Shown here one piece after another: positions 18,206 through 26,310 of a stretch of 64,000 nucleotides of DNA; the first letter of the stretch is position 1, and every line of letters begins with the position of its first letter. The DNA comes from Bacilli bacterium. Its GTDB lineage: Bacteria > Bacillota_I > Bacilli_A > RFN20 > CAG-826. The translations under genes and the position numbers were made by a program. Location: NCBI GenBank assembly GCA_017635465.1, contig JAGBLL010000041.1, forward strand, positions 17,685 to 81,684, in the 5' to 3' direction. Below the pieces are notes generated by a model. The model saw nothing but the letters and a program-made list of their open reading frames with translations, searched no databases and was not told the origin of the DNA.

Positions 18206-19363
18206 TTAAATCTTATACCCTCTAGCGCGATATATTTCATCCATTTCTTCACTTGTTAAATAAAGCGAATTAGAAAGATAGTCGATAAGTGAACGATTGT
18301 ATTGATTAAATAATATGAAGAACATACTACCTAAAAGTAAAACAATTGAGAAAACACTTCCATACATTAAGAAATGCAAAGCGAATAAATTATTAAATGG
18401 CACAAGTAATGAAGGGACGAACATAATGCCTAGCATAGTAGCGAATAAATAATAAATGGAAGTTAAGACCACCATCGCTCTACTTGTATGGTTCAAAGTA
18501 TAGAAATTAACTTTTTCAATTTTCATAAGAATCATCGCTAATGTCTTTCTATCTTTACGCACTATTGGAAGAATTAGGAATAACACTAACCAAATAACAA
18601 CATGAGAAATAATTGCGGAAATGGTCATGAGGTTTTCATGATATGTTTCTAATTGTTTAATGCGGTTTTTGCAATCTAAGAAAGAGCGTTTTTCACCTGC
18701 AAAATGCAAATCGTTCTTTTCGATATCTTTCATAACTTCTGCGAGAAGTGGATTAAAAACATTTTTAGAAATAGCGGAATAATATTTATTTCCGATATCC
18801 CCCATTGCGTCTTTTGGATCATAGAAAGAATATATCTCGTTTTTAACCTCTTTTTTTAAATTAAACTCTTTGGTTGTTTCATCATAAACGAAATAATTAT
18901 CTTTAGCGTTATAGTATTTAAAACTATCGATATATGTTTGTTCATCGTTTCTAATATCTTTATAAAAATGATAAATGACATCATTTTCTTTTTTGCGACC
19001 ATACTGTGGATGCTTACTATCAATGCTTTCTTCATTATCTAAAACGAAATAGCTTAAGAAGCAGCGATAAGAATATTCCACTCCTGCAGTCACATCTGTA
19101 CGGTCAAAACTATCATCTTTTAATAACACTTTAGCGTTGTAATAATGATCATACATATCAAGCGTTAAAAGAATGTGCTCGTCGTTTTTAGCTTCATAAT
19201 TAGTGATGACTTTACCAATTGGGGCCACCATGATGTTAAAAATTAAAAAAGATAAGATGAAATGAATAAAGAAATCTGCAAGAAAAACTAATATCCTTTT
19301 CCCTTTCGTTAAAGGATGGATATCAACATATTTCTCACTAGATGCTGTTACTTCTTCATTCAT
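18206..19363 (-). CDS. Polytopic membrane protein, RDD-family-like (tentative), paralog A
   Basis: Same architecture (KRILVFLADFFIHFILSFLIF, a large loop, C-terminal TM helices). There is a 3-nt gap to the next gene. Confidence 0.7.
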   Translation of the reverse strand: MNEEVTASSEKYVDIHPLTKGKRILVFLADFFIHFILSFLIFNIMVAPIGKVITNYEAKNDEHILLTLDMYDHYYNAKVLLKDDSFDRTDVTAGVEYSYRCFLSYFVLDNEESIDSKHPQYGRKKENDVIYHFYKDIRNDEQTYIDSFKYYNAKDNYFVYDETTKEFNLKKEVKNEIYSFYDPKDAMGDIGNKYYSAISKNVFNPLLAEVMKDIEKNDLHFAGEKRSFLDCKNRIKQLETYHENLMTISAIISHVVIWLVLFLILPIVRKDRKTLAMILMKIEKVNFYTLNHTSRAMVVLTSIYYLFATMLGIMFVPSLLVPFNNLFALHFLMYGSVFSIVLLLGSMFFILFNQYNRSLIDYLSNSLYLTSEEMDEIYRARGYKI

Positions 19364-19369
19364 AACCTA

Positions 19370-20497
19370 CTATTTATCAATTAAGATACTTTTAATTGTG
19401 TCTAATTTTTCCTTAGAAACACCGATGACGTTATTTAAATAGTTATATGTCTTTTCTTGTAAGGTTTCGCCTTCATAACCTTTAATTGTCTTACCATATC
19501 TATCATCGATATCTTTAGTTTCACAAATACCACTTATCTTAGAGAAATTTGAGAATAAATAATCACGATAAATATCTTCTTCGTTCATCCCACATAACGC
19601 TTCAATTAAATAGGCCATGCAGCCTGTTCTATCTTTACCAATCGCGCAGTGGAAATCTAAAGGATAATTGTTTTTATCCGCCAAAGCTTCAAAGAAAATC
19701 TTTATCTGCGCGGGATTATCATATAGATAAGCACTATGTTCACCAACATAAGTTAAAACATTTTCGCCACCATAATACATTGGTAAATGCATATAGTTTA
19801 CTTTGTCTCCGATTGGAGAAGCTTTGATATTACCGTTTTCTCCTGGTCTTCTTAAATCGATCTCTGTTTTAACTTTTAAAACATTTGTTAATGTATTAAT
19901 AGAATTGCTATCCAAGATAGAATCACCAGTTTCCGCTTCGTTAAAGCGACCACTGCGGTAGATTAAACCTTGTTTAATGCCATGACCGCCTAAATCACGC
20001 ATGTTCATGACGTTATTGACCAAAAGGTTACGTGGACCCTTGTTCGTCGTTTTAAAGGCACCTTTTTCGCTTTTAAACTGTACACTATCACTATAATAAG
20101 CAGTAACTTGGTAATAATATTTTGTATTTAATTTAAAATTGTATACTTCAATGCCATCAGGGTTAGTGATTTCACTTTGTGTATACCAAGGTGTTTCTTC
20201 ATTTTCTTCATATATATCAATAATGTAATATTTAGGATCTTTATTATTGTTAGATTTAGAACCTTCCCATTTAATAAAAACTGGTTGAGGTAATTCTTTA
20301 GATGAACTACCCGCAGCAATACCCGCGGTTGTTTTATAATCTTCCGCATTAATATATTTGTTTTGTAGTTCTGTATGGAAATCAAAACTAAATTCATCAT
20401 AATTAATTTTAAAATTAAAAGATGTGGGATTGCTTTGACACGCTAATAAAGAAGTAAGGAATATTAACAATGATATTGTGGAGATTATTTTTTTCAT
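19370..20497 (-). CDS. Surface lipoprotein with a protein-tyrosine-phosphatase-like (Y_phosphatase3-type) catalytic domain
   Basis: Lipobox SLLA-C. NMRDLGG...GLIYRSG...EIDLRR segments and the P-loop HCAIGKDRTG (CX5R) followed by DYLFSN. The N-terminal ~130 aa is a beta-rich domain. Confidence 0.8.
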   Translation of the reverse strand: MKKIISTISLLIFLTSLLACQSNPTSFNFKINYDEFSFDFHTELQNKYINAEDYKTTAGIAAGSSSKELPQPVFIKWEGSKSNNNKDPKYYIIDIYEENEETPWYTQSEITNPDGIEVYNFKLNTKYYYQVTAYYSDSVQFKSEKGAFKTTNKGPRNLLVNNVMNMRDLGGHGIKQGLIYRSGRFNEAETGDSILDSNSINTLTNVLKVKTEIDLRRPGENGNIKASPIGDKVNYMHLPMYYGGENVLTYVGEHSAYLYDNPAQIKIFFEALADKNNYPLDFHCAIGKDRTGCMAYLIEALCGMNEEDIYRDYLFSNFSKISGICETKDIDDRYGKTIKGYEGETLQEKTYNYLNNVIGVSKEKLDTIKSILIDK

Positions 20498-20517
20498 AAA
20501 TTTTTTCCTATTAGAAG

Positions 20518-20545
20518 ATTATAGCAATTAATTACTACTTTGTAA
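20518..20545 (-). promoter_or_regulatory. Candidate promoter of the long surface/transport array
   Basis: Minus strand TTACAA-16 nt-TGCTATAAT (extended -10). It lies between the tuf terminator and the ATG at 20497. Confidence 0.5.
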
Positions 20546-20549
20546 TCAC

Positions 20550-20577
20550 AAAAAAACTCACCTCGATTGAGATGAGT
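20550..20577 (-). terminator. Rho-independent terminator of tuf
   Basis: Minus strand ACTCATCTC-AATC-GAGGTGAGT hairpin (one mismatch) followed by T7. It lies ~25 nt after the tuf stop. Confidence 0.7.
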
Positions 20578-20601
20578 TTTGTTTGTTTTGTTTTAGTGAA
20601 A

Positions 20602-21786
20602 TTATTTGAGAATTTCAGAAACTGTACCAGCACCAACGGTTCTGCCACCTTCACGGATGGAGAATTTGGTACCTTTTTCCATGGCGATTGGGTGAATGAG
20701 TTCGACTGTTAATTCGACGTTATCACCAGGCATAACCATGTCGACACCAGCAGGAAGTGTAATAACACCTGTGACGTCGGTTGTACGGAAGTAGAATTGT
20801 GGACGATAGTTGCTTAAGAAAGCTGTATGACGGCCACCTTCTTCTTTTGTTAAAACGTAGACTTGACCTTTGAACTTGCTGTGTGGGGTAACTGTACCTG
20901 GTTTAGCAAGGACTTGACCACGTTCGACTTGGTCACGGTTGATACCTCTTAATAAGACACCAACGTTGTCACCGGCTTCGGCGTAATCAAGAATCTTACG
21001 GAAGGATTCAAGACCTGTAATAACAGAAGTTTGTGTTGGTTTGATACCAACGATTTCGACGTTGTCGCCTAATTTGGCTGTACCACGTTCGACACGGCCT
21101 GTAACGACGGTACCACGACCAGAGATGGTCATGACGTCTTCAATGGCTAATAAGAATGGTTTGTCGTTTTCACGAGCTGGAGCTGGGATATAGGAATCGC
21201 AAGCTGCCATTAATTCGATGATAGCTTTTTCAGCTTCTGGATCACCATCAAGAGCTTTTCTTGCGGAACCACGGATAACTGGAACTTCATCGCCTGGGAA
21301 GCCGTAGGAATTTAATAATTCACGGACATCCATTTCGACTAAGTCTAATAATTCTGGATCATCGACTAAGTCTGTTTTATTGATGAACACAACGATATAT
21401 GGGACACCGACTTGGCGGGCTAATAAGATGTGTTCACGAGTTTGTGGCATAACACCATCAGTACCGGCAACAACGAGGATAGCACCATCCATTTGAGCAG
21501 CACCAGTAATCATGTTCTTGACGTAGTCAGCGTGTCCTGGGCAGTCAACGTGGGCATAGTGTCTTGTCGCTGTTTGATATTCGATGTGAGCGGTGTTGAT
21601 TGTAATACCACGAGCTTTTTCTTCAGGAGCGGAGTCGATTTGAGCATAGTCAGTTTTGACTGCGCCACCTTGCTTTGCTAAGACAGATGTAATAGCGGCT
21701 GTTAATGTTGTTTTGCCGTGGTCAACGTGACCGATGGTACCAATATTGACGTGTTGTTTACTTCTGTCAAAATGTTGTTTTGCCAT
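20602..21786 (-). CDS. tuf: Elongation factor Tu
   Basis: 394 aa. [18 protein letters not shown] and NKTD GTPase motifs, full-length EF-Tu pattern, AGGAG SD. Confidence 0.98.
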   Translation of the reverse strand: MAKQHFDRSKQHVNIGTIGHVDHGKTTLTAAITSVLAKQGGAVKTDYAQIDSAPEEKARGITINTAHIEYQTATRHYAHVDCPGHADYVKNMITGAAQMDGAILVVAGTDGVMPQTREHILLARQVGVPYIVVFINKTDLVDDPELLDLVEMDVRELLNSYGFPGDEVPVIRGSARKALDGDPEAEKAIIELMAACDSYIPAPARENDKPFLLAIEDVMTISGRGTVVTGRVERGTAKLGDNVEIVGIKPTQTSVITGLESFRKILDYAEAGDNVGVLLRGINRDQVERGQVLAKPGTVTPHSKFKGQVYVLTKEEGGRHTAFLSNYRPQFYFRTTDVTGVITLPAGVDMVMPGDNVELTVELIHPIAMEKGTKFSIREGGRTVGAGTVSEILK

Positions 21787-21835
21787 AAAATTGAAATCTC
21801 CTTTCTTTCGTTAATAACAAGTTTGCAACGAAATC

Positions 21836-21864
21836 ATAATATAGCAATATTTTGTTTCGTGCAA
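21836..21864 (-). promoter_or_regulatory. Candidate internal promoter for tuf
   Basis: Minus strand TTGCAC-17 nt-TATTAT in the 106-nt fusA-tuf spacer. Confidence 0.4.
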
Positions 21865-21892
21865 TATCATTTGATATTACACAGTTTTATTT

Positions 21893-23968
21893 TTAGCGAG
21901 CGACACCCGCTTTTTTCAAAATTTCTTCTTGAACGTATCTTGGAGTTTCACCGTAATGGTCAAATTGCATGACGTAGTTTCCTCTACCTTGAGTCATACT
22001 ACGTAAGTCGGTGACGTAACCAAACATTTCGCTCAATGGTACTTCCGCTTCGATAATCTTAGCGTTAGCTCTTTGTGATTCACCAGTCATTTGTCCTCTA
22101 CGTCTACTGATATCACCAATGACATCACCATAGTATTGTTCTGGGACAGTAACTTCAATCTTCATGATTGGTTCTAAGATAACTGGTTGACACTTTTTAG
22201 CGGCTTCTTTTAAGGCCATAGAAGCAGCGATCTTATATGCGGCTTCACTAGAGTCGACATCGTGGTAACTACCATCATAGAGAGTAGCTTTGATATCGAT
22301 TACTGGGAAACCAGCGATCATACCTTTATTTAAGGCATCTCTTAAGCCGTCTTCAGTTGGTTTGATATATTCTTTAGGAACTGTACCCCCAACGATAGCA
22401 TCGACGAATTCAAAGCCTTTGCCTTCATTTGGTTCGAAACGGATCCAAACGTGACCGTATTGACCACGACCACCACTTTGACGGATGTATTTACCTTCGC
22501 ATTCGCCTGTAGCTTTAATTGTTTCACGGTATTCAACTTGTGGAGCACCGACGTTGACTTGAACGTTGAATTCACGTTTCATTCTGTCAACGATGATGTC
22601 TAAGTGTAATTCACCGACACCAGCAATTAATGTTTGACCTGTTTCTGGGTTTGTTCTCACGCGGAAGGTTGGATCTTCTTCAGCGAGTTTTTCAAGGGCG
22701 ATAGCCATCTTTTCTTGGTCAGCTTTGGTTTTTGGTTCAACAGCTTCTTCAATAACTGGAGCTGGGAATTCCATCTTTTCGAGAATGATGGTTTTACCAA
22801 CTTCACAGAGTGTATCACCAGTGATTGTATTCTTTAAGCCGACAACCGCACCGATGTCACCAGCGTGAAGTTCTGGAACTTCTTGACGGTGATTAGAGTG
22901 CATTAAGACGACACGGCCAATTCTTTCTTTCACACCTTTAGTGGAGTTATAGACATAGCTACCTGATTTTAATGTACCACTATAGACACGGACATAGGCT
23001 AAACGGCCGATGAATGGGTCTGTAGCAATCTTGAATGCTAAGCAAGCAAGTGGAGCGTTATCATCTGGTTCGCATGTGATTTCATTACCGCGATCATCAG
23101 TACCTTTCGCATGAGGGATGTCTAATGGGCTTGGTAAGTAATCAATAACACCATCTAATAAAGGTTGAATGTTTTTGTTTTTATAAGCGGAACCGCAGAA
23201 GACTGGGTGGAATTCACCAGTTAAAACTGCTTTACGGATTGCCGCTTTGGTTTGATCGACGTCTGGTTCTTTACCTTCTAAGACCATCATGAGAATTTCT
23301 TCATCGAAGTTAGATAAAGCTTCGAATAATTTCATTCTGAGTTCGAGAAGTTTTTCTTGATATTCTTCTGGAACTGGAACTTCATGTGGTTCTTCGTTGA
23401 GATCAGAAGCATAAACGTATGCTTTTTGTGTAATGACATCAATCCAACCTTTTAAGGATGATTCAATGCCAATTGGGTATTGCACTGCTTCCGCGTTAGC
23501 GCCTAAACGTTCTCTTAAGGAACGAACAGACATTTCATAGTCCGCACCGATAGCGTCAAGTTTGTTAACGAAGACGATACGTGGGACGTCGTATTTAGAA
23601 CCTTGTCTCCAAACTGTTTCAGTTTGTGGTTCGACACCGTTTTTACCATCTAAGACGGTAACGGCACCATCTAATACACGGAGGGATCTTTCAACTTCAA
23701 CGGTGAAGTCGACGTGTCCGGGAGTGTCAATAATGTTGATACGATTACCTTTCCATGTGGCGGTTGTAGCCGCAGATGTAATGGTAATACCTCTTTCTTG
23801 TTCTTGTTACATCCAGTCCATTGTTGAGCTACCTTCGTGGGTTTCGCCAATTTTGTGGATTTTACCTGTGAAGTAGAGAATACGTTCAGTGGTAGTAGTT
23901 TTACCAGCATCGATGTGCGCCATGATGCCGATGTTACGTGTATGTGCTAGATCATATTCGCGTGCCAT
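21893..23968 (-). pseudogene. fusA: Elongation factor G, otherwise full length (691 codons) but interrupted by an in-frame TAA at codon 54
   Basis: The minus strand from ATG 23966-23968 reads [71 protein letters not shown]...DTPGHVDFT, continuing in the same frame into the 546-aa ORF. The TAA is at 23807-23809 (23807 minus 21893 = 1914, divisible by 3). Confidence 0.9.
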
Positions 23969-23986
23969 AGTTCTACTCCTAACTGA

Positions 23987-24454
23987 TTACCAACGATAAT
24001 GTGAGTAAGCTTTGTTGGCTTCTGCCATTTTGTGGGTGTCTTCTCTTTTCTTAACTGACGCACCAGTGCCATTAGCGGCATCGATGATTTCGTTAGCTAA
24101 GCGGTCTTGCATGGTTTTTTCATTTCTTAAACGTGAATAGTTGACTAACCATCTTAAACCTAATGTAACTTTTCTTTCAGCTGAGACTTCGGTTGGGACT
24201 GGGAAGTTCGCACCACCGACTCTTCTCATCTTAAGTTCGACTTCTGGCATGATGTTGTTAATGGCGGTCGCGAAGACGTCCATTGCTGGTTTGCCAGTTT
24301 TTTCCTCGATTTTCTTAAAAGCACTGTAGAGAATGTTTTGTGCGGTGCCTTTTTTGCCATCGAGCATTAATTTGTTGATTAAACGTGTGACTAACTTTGA
24401 GTTATAGATTGGATCTGGTAAGACATCACGTTTTGTTGGATTTCCTTTACGCAT
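23987..24454 (-). CDS. rpsG: 30S ribosomal protein S7
   Basis: 155 aa, [27 protein letters not shown]... ending HYRW. Canonical S7 between rpsL and fusA. Confidence 0.97.
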   Translation of the reverse strand: MRKGNPTKRDVLPDPIYNSKLVTRLINKLMLDGKKGTAQNILYSAFKKIEEKTGKPAMDVFATAINNIMPEVELKMRRVGGANFPVPTEVSAERKVTLGLRWLVNYSRLRNEKTMQDRLANEIIDAANGTGASVKKREDTHKMAEANKAYSHYRW

Positions 24455-24470
24455 AGTTGTTTCTTACCTC

Positions 24471-24890
24471 CTATTCTTCACTCTTTGGTTTCTTTGTACC
24501 GTATAAGCTACGACCTTGACGACGAGCTTCGATACCCGCACAGTCTAATGTACCTCTAACGATGTGATAACGCACACCTGGGAGGTCTTTAACACGGCCA
24601 CCTCTGATGATGACGGTACTGTGTTCTTGTAAATTGTGGCCTTCACCACCGATGTAAGCGGTGACTTCATAGCCGTTACTTAATCTAACACGAGCGTATT
24701 TTCTTAAAGCTGAGTTAGGTTTCTTTGGTGTCATTGTACCAACACGGGTGCAAACGCCACGTTTTTGCGCTGCAGGTTGTGCTGTTTCTTTTTTCTTCAA
24801 AGAATTCCATCTTTGACCAAGGGCAGGGGCTTTGGACTTGAATGTCTTATTTTGTCTGCCTTGACGCACTAATTGGTTAATTGTTGGCAT
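24471..24890 (-). CDS. rpsL: 30S ribosomal protein S12
   Basis: True start [12 protein letters not shown] at ATG 24888-24890, with AGGAG 7 nt upstream. The upstream 38 codons of the tracked ORF are a spurious extension. [10 protein letters not shown] motif. Confidence 0.95.
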   Translation of the reverse strand: MPTINQLVRQGRQNKTFKSKAPALGQRWNSLKKKETAQPAAQKRGVCTRVGTMTPKKPNSALRKYARVRLSNGYEVTAYIGGEGHNLQEHSTVIIRGGRVKDLPGVRYHIVRGTLDCAGIEARRQGRSLYGTKKPKSEE

Positions 24891-25006
24891 AATTGCTCCT
24901 TTCAATAACTGTTTCATGTTGTGCTTACCACAATACCTGGTGTATCGGTACTTTCCCATTAAAAACGACCGAAATTGGTCTGGGTGTGATTTGCACACGC
25001 TCATAT

Positions 25007-25035
25007 ATATTATATAAGGATTAAAATACGCGCAA
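25007..25035 (-). promoter_or_regulatory. Candidate promoter of the rpsL-rpsG-fusA-tuf operon
   Basis: Minus strand TTGCGC followed by TATAAT (15-nt spacer) or TAATAT (17-nt spacer). This would give a leader of ~115 nt. The spacing is ambiguous. Confidence 0.3.
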
Positions 25036-25102
25036 TAAAAAGATATATAAAGTACACACTAGTCCTGGTGTGTCAATACCCACTATTGCTTCCAAAAAGC
25101 AA

Positions 25103-25132
25103 CAAAAAAGCCACTAAAACTAGTTAGTGGCT
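25103..25132 (-). terminator. Rho-independent terminator of the 233-aa lipoprotein gene
   Basis: Minus strand AGCCACTA-ACTAGTTT-TAGTGGCT followed by TTTTTTG. Confidence 0.7.
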
Positions 25133-25153
25133 AAATGTACAATAGTTTAACTA

Positions 25154-25855
25154 TTAAAGTTCAGCGAAAATTACATCGGCTGTGAGATCAAAAACGATAC
25201 GGTAATTTGGATTGAATAATTTGATTGTATCTTCATTACCTGTTAAAGCAACTGGTTGAGCAACCACAAATTGAGCATAGGTATCGTTATTTAAGCCACA
25301 ATCAGTATAAAGTCTATCACCATATACTTCGCAATCATCGCCATCGTTAACAACTACTCTTAATCCTCTATCAGCAATTGTGTAATCGTTTCCTGATTGA
25401 GATGTTTTAGCGGACATAACCATTTGATAGTTGCCAGCTTTTGGAGCTTTAACCTTAAATGTTACATAGGCTGTAGAATCATTGACTGGTCCGATTTTAC
25501 CACCGTCAAAAGTGAAACCTTCACCTGGTACTGCATCGTTAGCAGCGATTTTAACGCCAACTTTATTAGCAGCAGAATCAGTTAATGGTGTGTAGTTTTT
25601 GCCATCAGCATTAGCGGCAGGTGTGCCTTCAGTCCATGTGTGAGCGATTGGCATTGGGAACGCTACTGGTGCAGTGCTTGAGGTTGCAGGAGCAGCTGAG
25701 GAAGATGATGGTTTGCTGGATGGTGTTTTGCTGGATGATGGTTGTGCTGAAGCTGGTGCACTACTAGGTTTAGCGGATTCCTTATTACCATTACAGCCAA
25801 CGAGTGTAAGTGCTAATAAAATAGCGACAGCACTAATTCCTTTCTTAAAATTCAT
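25154..25855 (-). CDS. Small surface lipoprotein (233 aa): stalk plus a single copy of the shared beta-rich module
   Basis: Lipobox LTLVG-C and an S/P/A/K stalk, then IAHTWTEGTPAANADGKNYTPL...APKAGNYQMVMSAK. This aligns by eye with the C-terminus of the 992-aa protein (HAHAWVEGTVAQNTDGKNVTPL...APKAGKYEIRVSAK). The gene has its own promoter and terminator. Confidence 0.85.
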   Translation of the reverse strand: MNFKKGISAVAILLALTLVGCNGNKESAKPSSAPASAQPSSSKTPSSKPSSSSAAPATSSTAPVAFPMPIAHTWTEGTPAANADGKNYTPLTDSAANKVGVKIAANDAVPGEGFTFDGGKIGPVNDSTAYVTFKVKAPKAGNYQMVMSAKTSQSGNDYTIADRGLRVVVNDGDDCEVYGDRLYTDCGLNNDTYAQFVVAQPVALTGNEDTIKLFNPNYRIVFDLTADVIFAEL

Positions 25856-25926
25856 AAAAATTCCTTTCTTTGATGCATATCATATGTATTGCATCTAAAT
25901 CATTCAAAAATGACTTATTTGTATGT

Positions 25927-25956
25927 ATTATAGTGAGTTTACAAAATGTATTGCAA
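25927..25956 (-). promoter_or_regulatory. Candidate sigma-A promoter of the 233-aa lipoprotein gene
   Basis: Minus strand TTGCAA-18 nt-TATAAT. Confidence 0.5.
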
Positions 25957-25985
25957 TAAAAAATGTTGTGTGAACATGCTCATTA

Positions 25986-26013
25986 AATGAAAAGACCGCC
26001 TTTTAAAGCGGTC
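25986..26013 (-). terminator. Rho-independent terminator after acpP
   Basis: Minus strand GACCGC-loop-GCGGTC followed by TTTTCATTT. Confidence 0.5.
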
Positions 26014-26035
26014 AATTCATTATTTAGATTTAGCC

Positions 26036-26260
26036 TTATTTTTTATTAGCTTCGATATAATCGACGACATCTTTAACGGTGACGAAATTCATTGGTTCAT
26101 CGAATTGCACACCGAATTCATCTTCGATGGCCATTGCAAACATCATGATACCTAATGAGTCAAAATGTAAGTCATCGATTAATTTTGTGTCTAATGTGAC
26201 ATTATCTAAGTCGGCGTCTGGATCGACACCTTTCATTAATTCTTTTAATTTTTCTAACAT
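26036..26260 (-). CDS. acpP: Acyl carrier protein
   Basis: 74 aa and acidic, with the phosphopantetheine-attachment context LHFDSLGIMM. Confidence 0.85.
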   Translation of the reverse strand: MLEKLKELMKGVDPDADLDNVTLDTKLIDDLHFDSLGIMMFAMAIEDEFGVQFDEPMNFVTVKDVVDYIEANKK

Positions 26261-26310
26261 AATTAATTCCCTTTTGAACTTTGATATTATATCAACTTAT
26301 CCGTTTTCTA

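Noticed and set aside
24891-25004. N-terminal extensions of tracked ORFs: rpsL 24891-25004, rplK 38986-39147, folT 43464-43532, argS 60741-60845, the CysQ-like gene 57742-57783, and the lipoproteins at 5969-5986, 53365-53433, 55263-55307 and 56903-56938.
   Set aside because: In each case an internal start codon with a proper SD gives the canonical N-terminus or signal peptide. The extension either overlaps the upstream gene or runs through a leader region.
25054-25076. A perfect TTGACA -35 hexamer (minus strand, 25071-25076) upstream of rpsL.
   Set aside because: With 16-18-nt spacers the -10 candidates are ACTTTA or CTTTAT, and the nearest TATATA is 21 nt away. I prefer the TTGCGC/TATAAT pair further downstream, and even that is weak.
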